Below are positions 1-9,137 of a DNA stretch of 64,000 nucleotides, piece after piece (positions within the stretch are counted from its first letter, which is position 1; each line of letters begins with the position of its first letter). The notes under the pieces are model-generated. The model was not told the DNA's origin. It was given only the letters and a program-made list of their open reading frames with translations, and did no database searches. Position numbers and translations under genes: made by a program. Source of the DNA: Bacteroidota bacterium (lineage in GTDB: Bacteria; Bacteroidota; Bacteroidia; Flavobacteriales; Weeksellaceae); NCBI GenBank assembly GCA_018902795.1, contig JAHIQD010000011.1:35201-99200 (forward strand), in the 5' to 3' direction.

Positions 1-1
1 A

Positions 2-1015
2 GTGAAGCATTTAAAACAGGCTTTGGTTGAAAAGAAAAATTCCAATCAGGCGCTTCAGGCAAAATATCAGGATGAAGTCGTTACTCAGGTTTCCAAAGCT
101 TATGATCAGTTTGCTTTGGTTACGGAATCTAAAAAAGTACTGGACGAAAGTAAAAAACGGCTCGACATTAATAAAAAAACCGCCGAAAAAGCACTGGGTT
201 ACGGTTTAATTACGCCTTACGATTACAAAAAAATAGAACTGGCGCAGGCAACACTCGATTCTAAAATGGTAGAATATGAAGGAAAAAAAGAATTGCTGAT
301 TACGCAGCTTTATCTTTTGACAGGAATTGAAAGGGAGCGAATTGCTTTGATTAACCCGACATTAGAGAAAATTGAATATTTAAATGCAGATCAGTCGGTA
401 GAAAACCGTGCGGAACTGAAGGCGCTTGATTTCGGAATTAAAGCCATTGATGCTAAAATTAAAGCCGAAAAAACATGGTGGATTCCGAAAGTTCAGGCAT
501 CGACTTCTGTTTCTTATTTGGGACTTTTCGGTTCGCATATTTCCTCATCTAACGATGTTATTCCCGGAATGGCCAAAAAGCTTGATTCTGATTTAAAGAA
601 TACCCAGCTTTTTCCGATGTTCCAGGCCGGAATTGGTTTTAAATGGGATGTTTTCGATGGCAATGAAGGCAAACACGAAATAGAAAAAGCCAAAATAGAA
701 AGAGAAATTCTGGAAAGCAAAAAAACCGATGCAGAAAGAAAACTTCAGCTCAATTTAGCCAACAGCCAAACCAATTATGATATCGCTTTGTCTCAGATTG
801 AACTGAAAGCAAAATCCAGACAAATTGCCAAAAATGCTTTAACTCAGGCGGAAAAAGAATTCAGATATGGTCTGATCAAATCCAGCCAGCTGATTGAAGC
901 AGAAAATGATCTTGAAAATGCAGAACTGGAATATCAGACTGCAGTTTTCAACCAGAGAAGAACCGCTGTAGAACTGATGAAATCTACCCAAAATTTATCC
1001 ACAGAAAAATTATAA
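2..1015 (+). CDS. TolC-family outer-membrane efflux protein (N-terminus cut by window edge)
   Basis: ORF is open from the window edge. The coiled-coil-rich sequence is typical of the OMF/TolC second repeat. A HlyD adaptor and an ABC-2 permease follow in the same orientation with 20-25 nt gaps. Confidence 0.7.
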   Translation: MKHLKQALVEKKNSNQALQAKYQDEVVTQVSKAYDQFALVTESKKVLDESKKRLDINKKTAEKALGYGLITPYDYKKIELAQATLDSKMVEYEGKKELLITQLYLLTGIERERIALINPTLEKIEYLNADQSVENRAELKALDFGIKAIDAKIKAEKTWWIPKVQASTSVSYLGLFGSHISSSNDVIPGMAKKLDSDLKNTQLFPMFQAGIGFKWDVFDGNEGKHEIEKAKIEREILESKKTDAERKLQLNLANSQTNYDIALSQIELKAKSRQIAKNALTQAEKEFRYGLIKSSQLIEAENDLENAELEYQTAVFNQRRTAVELMKSTQNLSTEKL

Positions 1016-1038
1016 TCACAAAAAACAATACCATTACA

Positions 1039-1998
1039 ATGAAAAACTATATTCTAAAATATTTCGCCCTTGCAGGAATAATTGCTCTAACCGCCTGTAA
1101 GCAGGAAACTCCTCAAAAACCCCTTGAAGGCAAAACCAAAAAAGAAGTGATCGCTTTCGCACCGAAAGTAACCGGAAGAATTTTAAAAATTTATGTGGAA
1201 GAAGGTCAAACGGTGAAAGCAGGTGATACTTTGGCGATGCTTGATGTTCCGGAAGTTTCAGCAAAAATTGCACAGGCAAAAGGAGCCACAGCCGCCGCAA
1301 CAGCACAGTCGAGACTGGCAAAAAACGGAGCTACCGCAGATCAGCTTAAACAGTTGAAAGCTAAACAAAAAGGTTTGCAGCAACAGTACGAATATGCACA
1401 GAAATCCTACAGCAGAGCAAGTAATATGTACAAAGACAGTTTGTTTTCTCCGCAGAATTATGATGAAACGTACGCAAAACTTCAGGGAGCAAAAGCTCAG
1501 TATGAAGCCGTAAATGCAGAACTGCACGATGTGGAAAGGGGAACCAGATTAGAAAAAATTGACATGGCACTGGGGCAGGAAAGTCAGGCGAGAGGAGCTT
1601 TGCAGGAAGCAAATATTGCCTATTCAGAAAGATACATCATCGCAACAAACGACATGGAAATTGAAACTATCTCATTAAATGTAGGCGAGCTGGCCACCGC
1701 AGGTTACGCGTTGTTCAACGGTTATATTCCGGATACCACTTATTTCAGATTTACTATTCCTGAAAGTAAAGTTACTGATTATCAGAAAGGAATGACGGTG
1801 AATTTAAAATCAACTCATGGAAACAAGGAATTCGCCGGAAAAATAGTTACTATTAAACAATTGACCAAATATGCAGATATTACCACCGCTTTCCCCGATT
1901 ATCAGCCGGAAGACGCAGTTTACGAAATTAAAGTAATCCCAACTGACAAAGTGAAGGCGAACGGTTTACTGGTAAATTCAAGTGTGATTTTAAAATAA
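1039..1998 (+). CDS. HlyD-family periplasmic adaptor (membrane fusion) lipoprotein
   Basis: Lipoprotein signal (..IIALTAC), biotinyl-lipoyl-like motif (GQTVKAGDTLAMLD) and a long coiled-coil segment. Sits between TolC-like and ABC-2 genes. Confidence 0.8.
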   Translation: MKNYILKYFALAGIIALTACKQETPQKPLEGKTKKEVIAFAPKVTGRILKIYVEEGQTVKAGDTLAMLDVPEVSAKIAQAKGATAAATAQSRLAKNGATADQLKQLKAKQKGLQQQYEYAQKSYSRASNMYKDSLFSPQNYDETYAKLQGAKAQYEAVNAELHDVERGTRLEKIDMALGQESQARGALQEANIAYSERYIIATNDMEIETISLNVGELATAGYALFNGYIPDTTYFRFTIPESKVTDYQKGMTVNLKSTHGNKEFAGKIVTIKQLTKYADITTAFPDYQPEDAVYEIKVIPTDKVKANGLLVNSSVILK

Positions 1999-2017
1999 TT
2001 CAAAAAATCACAAGACC

Positions 2018-3214
2018 ATGAAACAGATCAAATATCTTTTGAAAAGAGAGTTCCGGTTGTTTTTTACAAACACCACCATGCTTTCGGTTTTCTTCCTTGC
2101 GCCGCTTGTTTATGCACTGTTAATCGGTTTTACCTACCAAAGCGGTAAAGTGACGGACATTCCGGTCATCGTTATCGATCAGGACAAAACCCCAATGTCT
2201 CAGCAAATGGTGGATATGCTCGAAGACAATAAATCGGTAAAAGTGTTGAATTATCAGGCGGAACCTGCGTCTCTAAAGGATGAAGTCATTAAAACTGAAG
2301 CCGGAGCGGTCGTTATTATTCCTGAAAGATTTGAAGCCGGAATTCTGCAGAAAAAATATCCGGAACTGAATGTTTACCTCAATACTTCCAATGTTTTGAC
2401 GGCGAATTTTGCGTCGAAAGCCATTCAGCTTACGGTTGGAACTTTTTCAGCCGGTGCAGAAATGAAGGCTCTTCAAAAAAAAGGAATGAATGCGGATCAG
2501 GCAAAAATTTCATTTGAACCCTTCAAAGCCAATTATATCACGCTTTTCAATACCACAAGCAATTATCTGGTTTTTATGTGGCCTGCTCTGATGGCGGTAG
2601 TTTTACAGCAGGTTATTTTATTGGCGATGGCGGTGACGTTTTCCGAAGAATTTAAAAGAGATTCTTTTGTAAAAGATTTCGCGGGCAAACAGAAATACGC
2701 GGTTTTGGTCATGGCGATAAAATGTCTTCCGGTCTGGATTTTTTCTAATTTCAACCTGTTGATTTTCTATCTCTGCGGAATGTATTTTAAAATTCCGATG
2801 CCGGAAAATATCCCGAATTTCTTTTTTGTGACTGCAATGTTCGTCGTCGCATCAACCAATTTAGGGGTTTTGGTAAGTATTCTGATTCCAAATGCATTGA
2901 AAGCGACACAAATTTTAATGATTATCGCTTCGCCGGCATTCATCATCAGTGGTTTTACATGGCCCACTTATGCAATGCCTGTAGTAATCAACAGATTCAC
3001 TGAAATAATTCCTTTAACACCTTATCTTCAGGCACTGAAAATAATGGTCGTACAGCATGGCTCAGATCATCTCACTCAAAAATATTTCTGGCATCTGTTT
3101 ATTTTAGGTTGGGTGTTTTTCATTTTAGGTTGGGTCGCACTGAAGATTAAAATTAAAATATTATTCAAAGAATATCATTTATCTGCTGATACCGAAACCG
3201 GTATGGCGGATTAA
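2018..3214 (+). CDS. ABC-2 type transporter permease (YhhJ/YbhR-like)
   Basis: N-terminal TM helix, a large extracytoplasmic loop, then a 5-TM C-terminal bundle. Operon context with HlyD/TolC. No ATPase gene in the window. Confidence 0.8.
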   Translation: MKQIKYLLKREFRLFFTNTTMLSVFFLAPLVYALLIGFTYQSGKVTDIPVIVIDQDKTPMSQQMVDMLEDNKSVKVLNYQAEPASLKDEVIKTEAGAVVIIPERFEAGILQKKYPELNVYLNTSNVLTANFASKAIQLTVGTFSAGAEMKALQKKGMNADQAKISFEPFKANYITLFNTTSNYLVFMWPALMAVVLQQVILLAMAVTFSEEFKRDSFVKDFAGKQKYAVLVMAIKCLPVWIFSNFNLLIFYLCGMYFKIPMPENIPNFFFVTAMFVVASTNLGVLVSILIPNALKATQILMIIASPAFIISGFTWPTYAMPVVINRFTEIIPLTPYLQALKIMVVQHGSDHLTQKYFWHLFILGWVFFILGWVALKIKIKILFKEYHLSADTETGMAD

Positions 3215-3241
3215 AAAAATATAGTTTTTCATGTTCTTGTG

Positions 3242-3276
3242 AAGAGCGTTCCCATATTTTTGGGGCGCTCTTTTTT
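3242..3276 (+). terminator. Intrinsic terminator after the efflux operon
   Basis: AAGAGCG..CCCA/TGGG..CGCTCTT hairpin followed by a T-run. Confidence 0.55.
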
Positions 3277-3303
3277 CATTACTTTTGTCTAAATTTTTAT
3301 TGA

Positions 3304-3864
3304 ATGACCATCATCGAGCACCTTAAGCAACATATAAAACTTGACACCGAAATTGAAAGATTTTTAAAGGACGAATGTGAGTTTAAAGTGTACCAGAAAG
3401 GCGAGCTATTAAGCCACCAAAATCAGTATAACAGAACCGTTTTTTTCGTTGAAAAAGGTTTGCTGAGGATGTTTTACTACGAAAACGGAAAAGACATTAC
3501 CACTAATTTTTATTCAGAAGGAAAACTCACGGCAAATATTGACACCCTTTTTCAGGATCAGCCCACGCGTTACAATATTGAAACCCTTGAAAAGTCAGAA
3601 ATTGTTACCTGTAATTTTCAAAAACTGGAAGAATTCTGCGCTGTTTCGCTCACTTTTGCCAATTTCAGCAGGTACATTCTGGGAAATCTGATGATTCAGA
3701 TGTCAAATAGGATTTCTTCGCTCCAGTATATGACTGCGAAAGAAAAATACGCTCAGCTGATGGCGGAAAATCCTGATATCATTTTGCGCGCACCACTTGG
3801 AATGATTGCAAGTTATCTCGGTATTTCTCAGGAAACCTTAAGCAGAATAAGAAGCGAAAGATAA
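3304..3864 (+). CDS. Crp/Fnr-family transcriptional regulator
   Basis: cNMP-binding beta-barrel N-terminal half and a C-terminal HTH (ASYLGISQETLSRIR). Confidence 0.8.
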   Translation: MTIIEHLKQHIKLDTEIERFLKDECEFKVYQKGELLSHQNQYNRTVFFVEKGLLRMFYYENGKDITTNFYSEGKLTANIDTLFQDQPTRYNIETLEKSEIVTCNFQKLEEFCAVSLTFANFSRYILGNLMIQMSNRISSLQYMTAKEKYAQLMAENPDIILRAPLGMIASYLGISQETLSRIRSER

Positions 3865-3929
3865 TTTTTTCAGGTCTTTTTACACCATATTTTCTAAATT
3901 CCGTTAACTTTGATTATCTCTAAAAATAT

Positions 3930-4394
3930 ATGAAAACCATGCAGAACATTTTCGACGCCAAAGACGCCCAGAATTACATCGACAGAATCAACAGCCTTAC
4001 TCCGGAAACCCAGCGAAAATGGGGAAAAATGAGCGTAGATCAGGTTCTCGCCCATTTAAATGTGGCTTATGAAACTATTTACGAACAGGAAAAACATCCT
4101 AAACCCAATTTTATTGCAGGATTTCTGTTAAAAAATTTCGTGAAATCAAAAACCGTCAATGAGCTTCCCTACAAACAGAATCTTCCGACAGGACCAATGT
4201 TTATCATCAAAGGAAATAAAAATTTCGAGGAAGAAAAGAGACGTCTGATCGGTTTTATTCAGAAAACACAACAGCTTGGAAGAGAAGCGTTCGACGGTAA
4301 AATGTCGCATTCTTTCGGGAAACTTACTGCCCAGGAATGGAACAATATGCTGGCGAAACACCTTAATCATCATTTGGATCAGTTCGGAGTTTAA
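3930..4394 (+). CDS. DUF1569/DinB-like four-helix protein
   Basis: Size and the C-terminal HLNHHLDQFG motif are typical of DinB-superfamily DUF1569 proteins. Confidence 0.5.
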   Translation: MKTMQNIFDAKDAQNYIDRINSLTPETQRKWGKMSVDQVLAHLNVAYETIYEQEKHPKPNFIAGFLLKNFVKSKTVNELPYKQNLPTGPMFIIKGNKNFEEEKRRLIGFIQKTQQLGREAFDGKMSHSFGKLTAQEWNNMLAKHLNHHLDQFGV

Positions 4395-4432
4395 GATGAA
4401 AATATAGGTAAGCATTAAAACACAAAACACCA

Positions 4433-4903
4433 ATGATGAAAAAGTTTTTACTTTTATGCCTGTTGATTTCAGATTTCGCGTTTTCGCAAATGCCCAATAT
4501 TGCTGAAGTTTGGCTGAATAAGTCCCAACCTTATATCGGAACCATCGGCAATGAAAAAGAGGAAATTAAAATCAGGGTCAATATTTCTGAGCAGAACCGG
4601 AAAAACGATCAGGAGTATTTCGTTTCCGGATATTCTCTGGTGGAAAATAATTATTCCAAATTTGAAGGAAAACTGAAAATCACAAAATACCAGGACGGCC
4701 AAAAAAGAAGCACTGTTTTCGGGGAATACGAATTTGCCGAAGAACCGAAAGGAAAACATTCGGGTATCCTGAAGGGCAAATTCGTTTATACCTTTATGTG
4801 GAATAAAAAAACGCAGCAAATCGAAAAGCAGTACATCGAATTTATAGGCGACTGGAAAAGCTATGACGGAACTTTAGCCTATAAAACCAACTGGAAAAAT
4901 TAA
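4433..4903 (+). CDS. Secreted hypothetical protein
   Basis: Signal peptide (MMKKFLLLCLLISDFAFSQ). No recognisable domain. Confidence 0.5.
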   Translation: MMKKFLLLCLLISDFAFSQMPNIAEVWLNKSQPYIGTIGNEKEEIKIRVNISEQNRKNDQEYFVSGYSLVENNYSKFEGKLKITKYQDGQKRSTVFGEYEFAEEPKGKHSGILKGKFVYTFMWNKKTQQIEKQYIEFIGDWKSYDGTLAYKTNWKN

Positions 4904-4975
4904 CTCATCCAATCGCTGAAAAAAGGTTTTTAATAAAATTCTAAATTAATTTCAATTTCAAAAATAAATATAATA

Positions 4976-5437
4976 ATGAATATCGAAATCATTAACTTTG
5001 AATCAAAATACCGCGACGATTTCAAAAATCTGAATGTTGAATGGTTGCAGAAATATTTTGTAGTTGAAGAGTTCGACCAGCATCAGCTCGCCAATCCGGA
5101 GTCTGAAATCCTCGAAAAAGGTGGAAAAATTTATTTGGCAAAAGCAGGAGATCAAATTGTTGGAACAGCTTCCTTACTGAAAGAACACGATGTTTACGAG
5201 CTTGCAAAAATGGCGGTAACCGAAGAGTTTAAAGGTCACGGAATCGGGAATATTCTCATGAGGCACTGTATTGAAGAAGCGAAAAAATTAGGAACAGAGA
5301 AAGTGATTTTACTTTCCAACCGAAGTTTAACTCCTGCCATTGAAATGTATAAAAAATTCGGTTTCACTGAAGTTCCGGTAGATGAGGAAACACCTTATGA
5401 GAGATGCAACATTAAGATGGAACTTCCTTTGAAATAA
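4976..5437 (+). CDS. GNAT-family N-acetyltransferase
   Basis: Acetyl-CoA binding motif (VTEEFKGHGIGNILMRHCIEEAKKLG). Confidence 0.85.
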   Translation: MNIEIINFESKYRDDFKNLNVEWLQKYFVVEEFDQHQLANPESEILEKGGKIYLAKAGDQIVGTASLLKEHDVYELAKMAVTEEFKGHGIGNILMRHCIEEAKKLGTEKVILLSNRSLTPAIEMYKKFGFTEVPVDEETPYERCNIKMELPLK

Positions 5438-5476
5438 ATATGGTCAAAAGTAAAACAATATAAAACTAAAAAAATC

Positions 5477-5923
5477 ATGGCACAGGTAAACGCGTACTTA
5501 ACATTCAACGGCAACTGCGAAGAAGCCTTCAATTTTTACAAATCCGTTTTCGGCGGAGAATTCCCTTACATTGGCCGTTTCGGCGATATGCCTCCTAGTG
5601 ACGGAAAAGAAGTTTCTGCAGAAGACAAAAACAAAATCATGCATGTCACCCTTCCAATCTCACAGGAAACGGTACTGATGGGTTCTGACACTGGCGGAGA
5701 ATGGTCGTCCAATTTCAACGCAGGCAATAACATTTCACTTTCCATCAACACCGATTCTAAAGAAGAAGCCGACCGCCTTTTCAACGGACTTTCAGAAGGT
5801 GGAACCGTAACAATGCCGCTTGCAGATACTTTCTGGGGTGCCTATTTCGGGATGTGGACAGATAAATTCGGCATCAACTGGATGGTGAACTACGACGATC
5901 CAGCGAAAGTTCAGGCACATTAA
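5477..5923 (+). CDS. VOC/glyoxalase-superfamily protein (PhnB-like)
   Basis: The N-terminal AYLTFNGNCEEAFNFYKSVFGGE and C-terminal DKFGINWMV motifs are typical of the PhnB/3-demethylubiquinone-methyltransferase-like family. Confidence 0.75.
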   Translation: MAQVNAYLTFNGNCEEAFNFYKSVFGGEFPYIGRFGDMPPSDGKEVSAEDKNKIMHVTLPISQETVLMGSDTGGEWSSNFNAGNNISLSINTDSKEEADRLFNGLSEGGTVTMPLADTFWGAYFGMWTDKFGINWMVNYDDPAKVQAH

Positions 5924-5928
5924 TTTTT

Positions 5929-6070
5929 TTAGGAGCAAGACATTTCCCGCTTCTCCGAAGACTCGTCCCGCTTTCCGTTACAATCTTTTTTCCGGCGGCC
6001 AAGCGCCGCCGAAAAAAAGGATTTCCACTGCAATCGGGGCTAGAAGAAAACCCCGCTTTTCTTCCGGAAT
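5929..6070 (+). repeat. GC-rich structured intergenic element, copy A
   Basis: Shares blocks TTAGGAGCAA[G/C]ACA, TTCT(T)CCGAA..C.CGTCCCGC, TCGGGGCTAGAA and TTCCGGA(A)T, in the same order, with the reverse complement of 17745-17894. The centre is a GC-rich imperfect palindrome. Confidence 0.6.
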
Positions 6071-6086
6071 CAAGAAAAAAGATTTT

Positions 6087-6506
6087 ATGTCCGAAAATAA
6101 AACAAAACCCACAGCAACCAGCGTTGAAGAGTTTATTCTGAGTTCCGACGAAAAGAAACAGAACGACAGTTTCGAACTCGTCAGCATCATGGAAGAACTT
6201 TCCGGCGAGAAAGCCACGATGTGGGGACCATCCATCATCGGTTTCGGATCTTACCATTACAAATATGAAAGTGGGCGCGAAGGCGATATGTGCAGAATCG
6301 GATTTTCTCCCAGAAAATCAGCGTTCTCTTTATACGTTATGGGTTGCGATTCAGAAAAACAGAATAAGCTGGTGGAGGATTTGGGAAAAATAAAAAAGGG
6401 AAACGGCGGATGCATTTATTTCAAAAAACTCGATGAGTTAGATAAAGATGTTCTTAGAAATCTCATCAAAGAATCTTTGAAATCGACCAAAGATAAATGG
6501 GGCTAA
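6087..6506 (+). CDS. DUF1801 (YdhG-like) domain protein
   Basis: Size and the motif WGPSIIGFGSYHYKYESGREG are typical of DUF1801. Confidence 0.6.
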   Translation: MSENKTKPTATSVEEFILSSDEKKQNDSFELVSIMEELSGEKATMWGPSIIGFGSYHYKYESGREGDMCRIGFSPRKSAFSLYVMGCDSEKQNKLVEDLGKIKKGNGGCIYFKKLDELDKDVLRNLIKESLKSTKDKWG

Positions 6507-6545
6507 AATATAATGGTCAGCTAACGTAAATTTAAAATTTATAAT

Positions 6546-7301
6546 ATGAGCAAAATAGCATTAGTAACAGGAGCCAGCCGCGGTTTGGGAAAAGATATGG
6601 CATTAAGTCTTGCCAAAAAAGGAATTGACGTTATTTTCACCTACCATTCGAAAGCAGATGAAGCAGCCCAAACTGCCCTCGAAATAGAGAAATTGGGACA
6701 AAAGACCGCTTTTCTTCAGTTAAGCATGGACAATCAGTCTGGTTTTGAAGATTTCTTTAAGAATGTAGAAAAAGTTCTCAGCGAAAAATTTGGCGGTCAG
6801 AAAATCGATTTTCTCATCAACAACGCCGGAATCGGTTTACGCACCATTTTAGGTGAAACTGATGAAAAAACGTTTGATATCCTGATGAACGTCCATGTGA
6901 AAAGCCCGTATTTTCTTACCCAAAACATGCTCAAATACATGAATGATGGCGGCGGAATTATCAATATAGGAAGCGGTTTGTCAAGATTTTCAATGGTTGG
7001 TAATTCAGTATATGCAAGTTTTAAAGCGGCGATTACTACCATGGCAAAATATTGGGCGATGGAACTTGGGAAAAGACAAATTCGTGTGAATACCGTTGCG
7101 CCGGGAGCTATTGAAACGGATTTTGGTGGTGGCACCGTCCGCGACAATAAAGAAATCAATAAACACATTGCCGAAAATACCGCCCTGGGAAGAGTCGGAC
7201 TTCCCGAAGATATCGGTTCCGTGGTTGCATTTCTCTGCACTGAAGATTCGAAATGGATTAATGGGCAGAGAATTGAAGTATCTGGCGGAATCAATTTATA
7301 A
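6546..7301 (+). CDS. SDR-family oxidoreductase
   Basis: TGASRGLG cofactor motif, NNAG, and the catalytic YxxxK (YASFK). Confidence 0.9.
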   Translation: MSKIALVTGASRGLGKDMALSLAKKGIDVIFTYHSKADEAAQTALEIEKLGQKTAFLQLSMDNQSGFEDFFKNVEKVLSEKFGGQKIDFLINNAGIGLRTILGETDEKTFDILMNVHVKSPYFLTQNMLKYMNDGGGIINIGSGLSRFSMVGNSVYASFKAAITTMAKYWAMELGKRQIRVNTVAPGAIETDFGGGTVRDNKEINKHIAENTALGRVGLPEDIGSVVAFLCTEDSKWINGQRIEVSGGINL

Positions 7302-7302
7302 T

Positions 7303-7334
7303 AAAAAAACCGCTGATTTATTCAGCAGTTTTTT
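7303..7334. terminator. Bidirectional terminator between the convergent SDR gene and pcaF
   Basis: An A-run, the hairpin ACCGCTGA..TCAGCAGT, then a T-run. Confidence 0.5.
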
Positions 7335-7355
7335 CTATTTATCTAAGTTTTCTTT

Positions 7356-8573
7356 TTAAACATTCGGGTTTTCAAGAATCACGGCGTAACCTTGGCCAAC
7401 ACCGATACACATTGTTGCCAATGCATATTTTTTGCCGGTTTTATTCAGTTCTAAAGCCGCAGAATAGGTAATACGCGTTCCGCTCATTCCGAGTGGATGA
7501 CCGAGTGCAATAGCGCCACCATTCACATTTACTCTTGCATCGTCATTTGCAATTCCAAGTTCTTTTAAACACGCAATACTTTGGGCTGAAAAGGCTTCGT
7601 TCAGTTCAATGATATCAATTTGGTCTAAAGTTAGATTGGCTCTTTTCAACGCCAGTTTTGTAGCGTCAACAGGACCGATTCCCATAATTCTGGGTTCAAC
7701 TCCCACAACGGCAGAACTTACGATTTTTGCCAACGGTTTCAGGCCGTAATTTTTTACCGCATCATCCGAAGCAATGAGAACTGCGGCGGCACCGTCATTT
7801 AATCCCGAAGCGTTTCCTGCAGTTACGGTTCCGTTTTCTTTTACGAAGACTGCTTTTAGTTTCCCCAAAACTTCCAAAGTGGAATTAGGTTTGATGAATT
7901 CATCTTTATTAATGACAACCGGATCGCCTTTTCTCTGCGGAATTACAATATCAGAAATTTCTTCTGCCAACCTTCCGGATTCCTGTGCTTTCCTGGCTTT
8001 TATCTGAGAATTCAATGCAAACTCATCCTGTTCTTCCCGTGATATTTTATAGATTTCGGCTAAGTTTTCTGCGGTTTTTCCCATCGCTTCAACGCCGTAC
8101 ATTTTTTCCATCTGCGGATTGATAAAACGCCATCCGAAGCTGGTGTCGTACATTTTCTGATCAGTTCCAAAAGCACTTTCTGCTTTCGAAATTGCGTATG
8201 GTGCTCTCGACATTCCTTCCACACCGCCGGCAATAAAAAGATCTCCTTCGCCGGATTTTATTGCTCTCATCGCCTGTGCAACGGCACTCATTCCTGAAGC
8301 GCAAAGCCTGTTTACGGTTTCTCCCGGAATGTTGGTTGGAAGTCCGGCCAAAAGCAAGGCCATTCTTGCAATATTCCTATTGTCTTCGCCGGCCTGATTG
8401 GCGCAGCCGATAATCACGTCATCAATTTTATCCAAAGGTAATTCCAGATTTTTGGCGACTAGACTTTTGATCACGGAAGCCATCAAATCATCTGTTCTTA
8501 CCGGCGCTAAACTTCCTTTGAAACTTCCAATGGCAGAACGTGTTCCGTCGATAATATATGCTTCTTTTTCCAT
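7356..8573 (-). CDS. pcaF: Thiolase (3-oxoadipyl-CoA thiolase / acetyl-CoA C-acyltransferase)
   Basis: Thiolase motifs NRLCASGMSAV, GHPLGMSG and CIGVGQG. It is the last gene of the cat/pca operon, and the symbol is assigned from that context. Confidence 0.8.
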   Translation of the reverse strand: MEKEAYIIDGTRSAIGSFKGSLAPVRTDDLMASVIKSLVAKNLELPLDKIDDVIIGCANQAGEDNRNIARMALLLAGLPTNIPGETVNRLCASGMSAVAQAMRAIKSGEGDLFIAGGVEGMSRAPYAISKAESAFGTDQKMYDTSFGWRFINPQMEKMYGVEAMGKTAENLAEIYKISREEQDEFALNSQIKARKAQESGRLAEEISDIVIPQRKGDPVVINKDEFIKPNSTLEVLGKLKAVFVKENGTVTAGNASGLNDGAAAVLIASDDAVKNYGLKPLAKIVSSAVVGVEPRIMGIGPVDATKLALKRANLTLDQIDIIELNEAFSAQSIACLKELGIANDDARVNVNGGAIALGHPLGMSGTRITYSAALELNKTGKKYALATMCIGVGQGYAVILENPNV

Positions 8574-8588
8574 AATTTAATTTTTAGT

Positions 8589-9113
8589 TTATTTTACTGT
8601 TCGGTATTCCAAATCCAGTATTTTTCGGTGCACAAATTTAATCATAAAAGCCGTGGAAACGGTAACCAGCAAACCGATAATACAGCCGATAAACACGGAA
8701 ACAAATCTTTCCACCGGTGCCATAAAACTCTCATCCGGCCGCTCCATCAAAACGATGATGATAGCAACAATGGCACTTCGCGACACATTCAACAGATTAA
8801 ACAGTTTGCAGATCAGCGCTGCTGCCGTAATTCCGATCAGAATTTTAAAATACACCTCGATCGGAAGTGAAAATACAATAATTCCTGATAATGCGCCGAT
8901 AAAATTAGCTTTCACCCGCTCTATTGACAGTCTTTTCGAATCTTTACCTTCCGGGGAAATGACGAGCAGTATAGAAAGCAGTGCCCAAAAAAGATCAAAC
9001 CCCGGAAAGCTTTTCAAAAGAAAATAGCCAATAGAAAATCCAATGATACACCGAATAATGTAGATTACAATCGGTGAAAAAAGGAAAGCTCTTATTTTAT
9101 TTGATTTCTGCAA
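8589..9113 (-). CDS. Small polytopic membrane protein, FUSC/aromatic-acid-exporter-like
   Basis: About 5 TM helices, 174 aa. Embedded between pcaIJ and pcaF with 15-24 nt gaps. The family assignment is tentative. Confidence 0.45.
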   Translation of the reverse strand: MQKSNKIRAFLFSPIVIYIIRCIIGFSIGYFLLKSFPGFDLFWALLSILLVISPEGKDSKRLSIERVKANFIGALSGIIVFSLPIEVYFKILIGITAAALICKLFNLLNVSRSAIVAIIIVLMERPDESFMAPVERFVSVFIGCIIGLLVTVSTAFMIKFVHRKILDLEYRTVK

Positions 9114-9137
9114 TGGTGTGATTTAATCCACCAATTT

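Noticed and set aside
2-3214. The TolC/HlyD/ABC-2 permease cluster without an ABC ATPase, considered as a possible novel transporter type.
   Set aside because: The window starts inside the TolC gene, so the rest of the operon (possibly including the ATPase or a second permease) may lie upstream. ATPase-less ABC-2/HlyD arrangements have, as far as I recall, been seen elsewhere in Bacteroidota. Nothing unusual can be claimed from this fragment.
5874-6257. Minus-strand ORFs 5874-6257 (127 aa) and 5978-6238 (86 aa).
   Set aside because: They run through the GC-rich repeat element and antisense into the DUF1801 gene. Their composition (Arg/Gly/Ser/Pro-rich) is typical of spurious frames in GC-rich repeats.
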